From Eledone cirrhosa (Eukaryota): 64,000 bases of DNA. Position numbers and translations under genes: made by a program. Location of the stretch: the NCBI GenBank assembly GCA_964016885.1, contig OZ024741.1:195610001-195674000 (forward strand), given 5' to 3'. This document shows, one piece after another, positions 63,275 through 64,000 of this stretch. The notes beneath the pieces are model-generated. The model was not told the DNA's origin. It saw only the letters and a list, made by a program, of their open reading frames with translations, and searched no databases. Numbering within the stretch: position 1 is the first letter of the stretch; every line of letters starts with the position of its first letter.

Positions 63275-64000
63275 GCTGAAAATAGCTTGCCTTTGGAAGC
63301 AAAGGGACCTACTTTTGCGTCTTCACTCAAGTTTGGACTGAATCTCCCTGCACAGATATTCACCTGTTTTACGTCCAGCTAAAGAATATAGTGAGTCTCT
63401 CACACACAATCATAGCACTCATGAACATGCACAGCCACACGGTACCACTTCCTGATGCAAGAGAGTGTGAAAGAGCCACTAACTGCTGATGTCACATCAC
63501 AGGCCCCTTGCTTCCAGCAAGACTTCCACTGCACTTCCGGGACCATAGCCTCACCTAAACAAAAAAGTTAGTCAAAGAAGCTGGCCAAAAATTTTCCCGA
63601 AAGAAATTATATTGAATGTGAAGAAAGCCTGGCTGGAAGCGCCACAGGATGCGGAAAGGGGATAGCTGCAGTGCGTCGGCTGAGTGACTTAGAGTTGGGT
63701 AGGACCCTGTTCCTGAACAGGAAAGTCAACTCTGATGTTACCAGACAGTGTGTCCAGAAAGTGGCTGGAAGTTGCGGTAGTTGTCAGTTTGTCAACCCTG
63801 CCCCAAGCATGCACGAGATAGGTAACATCCCAGTGGAGCACAACTGGAAATGATTGGCAGTGGCTGTGACACATTTCCGACAGGGGACGTATCTCTTGAT
63901 AGTCAATTGTGGACTGGGGTGGATGGCAATATGGAGTGAGATGAAGATGGGGACTATGTGGGAAATCACACCTGTCGCTTAAAGAGATATTCTTGGAGCG
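63275..64000. mobile_element. Rearranged remnant of a relative of the 55.2-59.4 kb element
   Basis: 63617-64000 (+) is collinear with 58112-58520 (RH end and integrase start). ~63288-63561 (-) is LTR-like, followed by PBS-like AGCTATTTTCAGC (63287->63275). Confidence 0.7.

Overview
This window is eukaryotic, AT-rich intergenic or intronic DNA made almost entirely of repeats. The repeat content is most consistent with an animal genome such as an octopus (inference). I found no host gene, rRNA, tRNA or CRISPR array. It is a nested graveyard of mobile elements. LTR elements: a young CsRn1-type Ty3/Gypsy (9475-14983) inside the gag of an older relative (8303-19058), an internally deleted mini-LTR element inside an RTE LINE, and a divergent LTR retrotransposon (55247-59397) inside a Penelope-like element. 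Other elements: RTE, CR1/L2, Tx1/L1 and CRE-type LINE remnants, many Nin/Deu-domain-like SINEs, Helitrons, a piggyBac-type MITE, and Penelope-like remnants with inverted or tandem repeats. At least four recognisable hammerhead ribozyme motifs are present. The most unusual signal is the 55.2-59.4 kb element. It has no TGG-type primer-binding site. The 12 nt abutting its 5' LTR are instead exactly complementary to the 5' end of animal tRNA-Phe, and the motif recurs in a diverged copy at 63.3 kb. This suggests priming by a short 5' tRNA fragment. All alignments were done by eye.
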